The notes under the pieces are model-generated. The model saw only the letters and a program-made list of their open reading frames with translations. It was not told the DNA's origin and did no database searches. Of a DNA stretch of 28,633 nucleotides, positions 27,220 to 28,633 are shown in pieces. Positions within the stretch are counted from its first letter, which is position 1; each line of letters opens with the position of its first letter. The translations under genes were made by a program, and so were the position numbers. The stretch is from a virus (taxonomy: Duplodnaviria > Caudoviricetes): positions 1-28,633 of the IMG/VR virus record IMGVR_UViG_3300004685_000014; one strand, 5' to 3'.

Positions 27220-27657
27220 ATGGCATACAAAGGTTACTTTAGACCCAAGAATCCACAAAAATATAAAGGTAATCCCACAAATATTATTTATCGCTCTTTG
27301 TGGGAGTGTAAATTGATGTCGCATCTTGACGACCATCCAGATGTAATTCAGTGGAGCTCAGAAGAAGTCATTATACCTTACAGATCACCTATCGATGGTA
27401 AGATACATCGCTATTTTCCAGACTTTGTTGTAAAGAAAGGGTTGCCTAATGGGTTGACTGAAACTATAATGATAGAGGTCAAGCCTTATGCACAAACCGT
27501 TGAACCTAAGATGCAGCCAAAGAGCAAGAAGTTTATTAGAGAGGTTTGTACCTGGGGAATAAATAGTGCTAAATGGAAAGCAGCGCGTGAATATTGCGCT
27601 GATCGCAATTGGAAGTTTCAATTGTTTACAGAAAAAGAATTAGGTATCACCTTTTAA
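27220..27657 (+). CDS. gp4: Head completion nuclease gp4 (TnsA-like PD-(D/E)xK fold, 145 aa)
   Basis: MAYKG.F.PKNP.KY.G....I.YRS.WE, W.SEE..IPY.SP.DG..HRYFPDF, IEVKP..QT..P and N.AKW.AA..YC....W.F...TEKEL. Confidence 0.95.
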   Translation: MAYKGYFRPKNPQKYKGNPTNIIYRSLWECKLMSHLDDHPDVIQWSSEEVIIPYRSPIDGKIHRYFPDFVVKKGLPNGLTETIMIEVKPYAQTVEPKMQPKSKKFIREVCTWGINSAKWKAAREYCADRNWKFQLFTEKELGITF

Positions 27658-28253
27658 TGGCTTATATATTTCAACAAATATCTGATAGAGGAACTTCTGA
27701 GGGTATCACACCCAACTCTACGCAAGACGCTCGTGATTGGTATAGAGATGCTGCAAGTCAAGTTGCAAGTGTTAATACAAATCGTCTAATGAACGATAAG
27801 CAAAACGTTGTACCATCATTAACAATTAAGAATATTGGCCAGATGTTTATGTTCTTCTATGATCCAAAGATGAAGGACATACTTCCTTACTATGATATTT
27901 TTCCTTTAATGTTTTTAGTTGATTTTCAACCAAATGGATTCTTAGGAATCAATCTCCACTACCTTCCTACGTATTATAGAGCGCAGTTAATGAATGGTCT
28001 TTATAGTATTGCTAGTGACGATAAATACGACGACAACACTAGATTAAAGATATCTTATAAACTATTGAAGAGTGCATCACAGTTAAGTAATTTTAGCCCA
28101 TGCTTGAAGAGATATTTGTGGAGTAATGTTCAGGGACAGTTTTTAAACGTGCAACCAAAGAATTGGGACACTGCACTTATGCTTCCAACTGAAAGATTCA
28201 AAAAGGCTACAAAGTCTAGAGTACACAACGATTCTGTAAAGGCACTACAATAA
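27657..28253 (+). CDS. gp2: DNA end protector protein gp2 (198 aa from ATG 27657)
   Basis: G.M.MF.YDPK.K..LPYYD.FPL, GFLG.NLHYLP...R..L...L, PC.KRYL...V and W..A.MLP.E.F. The start was chosen at the TAATG overlap with the gp4 stop. Confidence 0.93.
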   Translation: MAYIFQQISDRGTSEGITPNSTQDARDWYRDAASQVASVNTNRLMNDKQNVVPSLTIKNIGQMFMFFYDPKMKDILPYYDIFPLMFLVDFQPNGFLGINLHYLPTYYRAQLMNGLYSIASDDKYDDNTRLKISYKLLKSASQLSNFSPCLKRYLWSNVQGQFLNVQPKNWDTALMLPTERFKKATKSRVHNDSVKALQ

Positions 28254-28633
28254 TGGCTGGTTTCAATATAAACAGTTTCAAATCAGATCTTTCACAGTCG
28301 GGCGTACTTCATACAAACAAGTTCATCGTAGCGTTTGTTTCACCACCTGTGATGCAGCAAGTGTCTATTGACGGCCAGCCTGTTATCCACACAGAACGCT
28401 TGATGCAAACAAGAGCTGATGCTGTTAAGATTCCAGGCGTTGCATTGCTAATGACTGATATTGCAAGATACGGCAATGGCCCTATGCAAAAGATGCCACA
28501 TAACGCTACATTCACACCAAACTCTATAACATTCTTATCTGATCGCAATGGTGAAATCTACAAGTATTTCTATACATGGATGAATAAGATCTTTGACTTT
28601 TCTGGAACAGATAGTGCTGGTGCAGCTTACACG
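28253..28633 (+). CDS. gp54: Baseplate tail-tube initiator gp54 (gp19/gp54 family), truncated at the right edge (not in the ORF track)
   Basis: TAATG overlap with the gp2 stop. Hand translation: MAGFNINSFKSDLSQSGVLHTNKFIVAF...RADAVKIPG...RYGNGPMQKMPHNATFTPNSITFLSDRNGEIYKYFYTWMNKIF. This matches the tube-family pattern and the usual gp4-gp2-gp54 order. Confidence 0.8.
   Translation, partial: MAGFNINSFKSDLSQSGVLHTNKFIVAFVSPPVMQQVSIDGQPVIHTERLMQTRADAVKIPGVALLMTDIARYGNGPMQKMPHNATFTPNSITFLSDRNGEIYKYFYTWMNKIFDFSGTDSAGAAYT

Noticed and set aside
27609-27656. Upstream TTG start for gp2 given in the ORF track
   Set aside because: It overlaps gp4 by 49 bp. The ATG at 27657 in a TAATG coupling is more plausible.
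27220-27657. TnsA-like nuclease as evidence of a Tn7-like transposon or homing endonuclease
   Set aside because: The motifs and the gp4-gp2-gp54 synteny identify it as the ordinary T4 head completion protein. No transposase or terminal repeats are present.

Overview
This AT-rich 28.6-kb window is the virion tail/baseplate morphogenesis region of a T4-superfamily myovirus of the non-T-even type. Its gene set resembles that of T4-like cyanophages and other environmental T4-likes. The minus strand carries one long late operon running right to left: gp48, gp53, gp27-like hub, gp5 split into two genes, gp25, gp6, gp7-like, a greatly enlarged gp8, a DUF4815/VrlC-type structural protein split into two genes, a small coiled-coil protein, a 1127-aa fibre, two small virion proteins, and a second fibre truncated at the left edge. 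The plus strand carries a divergent operon: gp4 head completion nuclease, gp2 DNA end protector and gp54 (truncated at the right edge). T4-type late promoter boxes (nATAAATA) sit at most gene junctions. Notable points are (1) N-x-S/T sequons recurring at equivalent turn positions of repeated modules in the outer baseplate and fibre proteins, suggesting an N-glycosylated virion (hypothesis), (2) a genetically split, lysozyme-less gp5 whose halves are in frame across TGA-TAG, (3) fission of the DUF4815 protein at a Pro/Gly/Cys tail, and (4) nested domain insertions and modules shared between proteins. All family calls come from recalled motifs and synteny; no database search was run.
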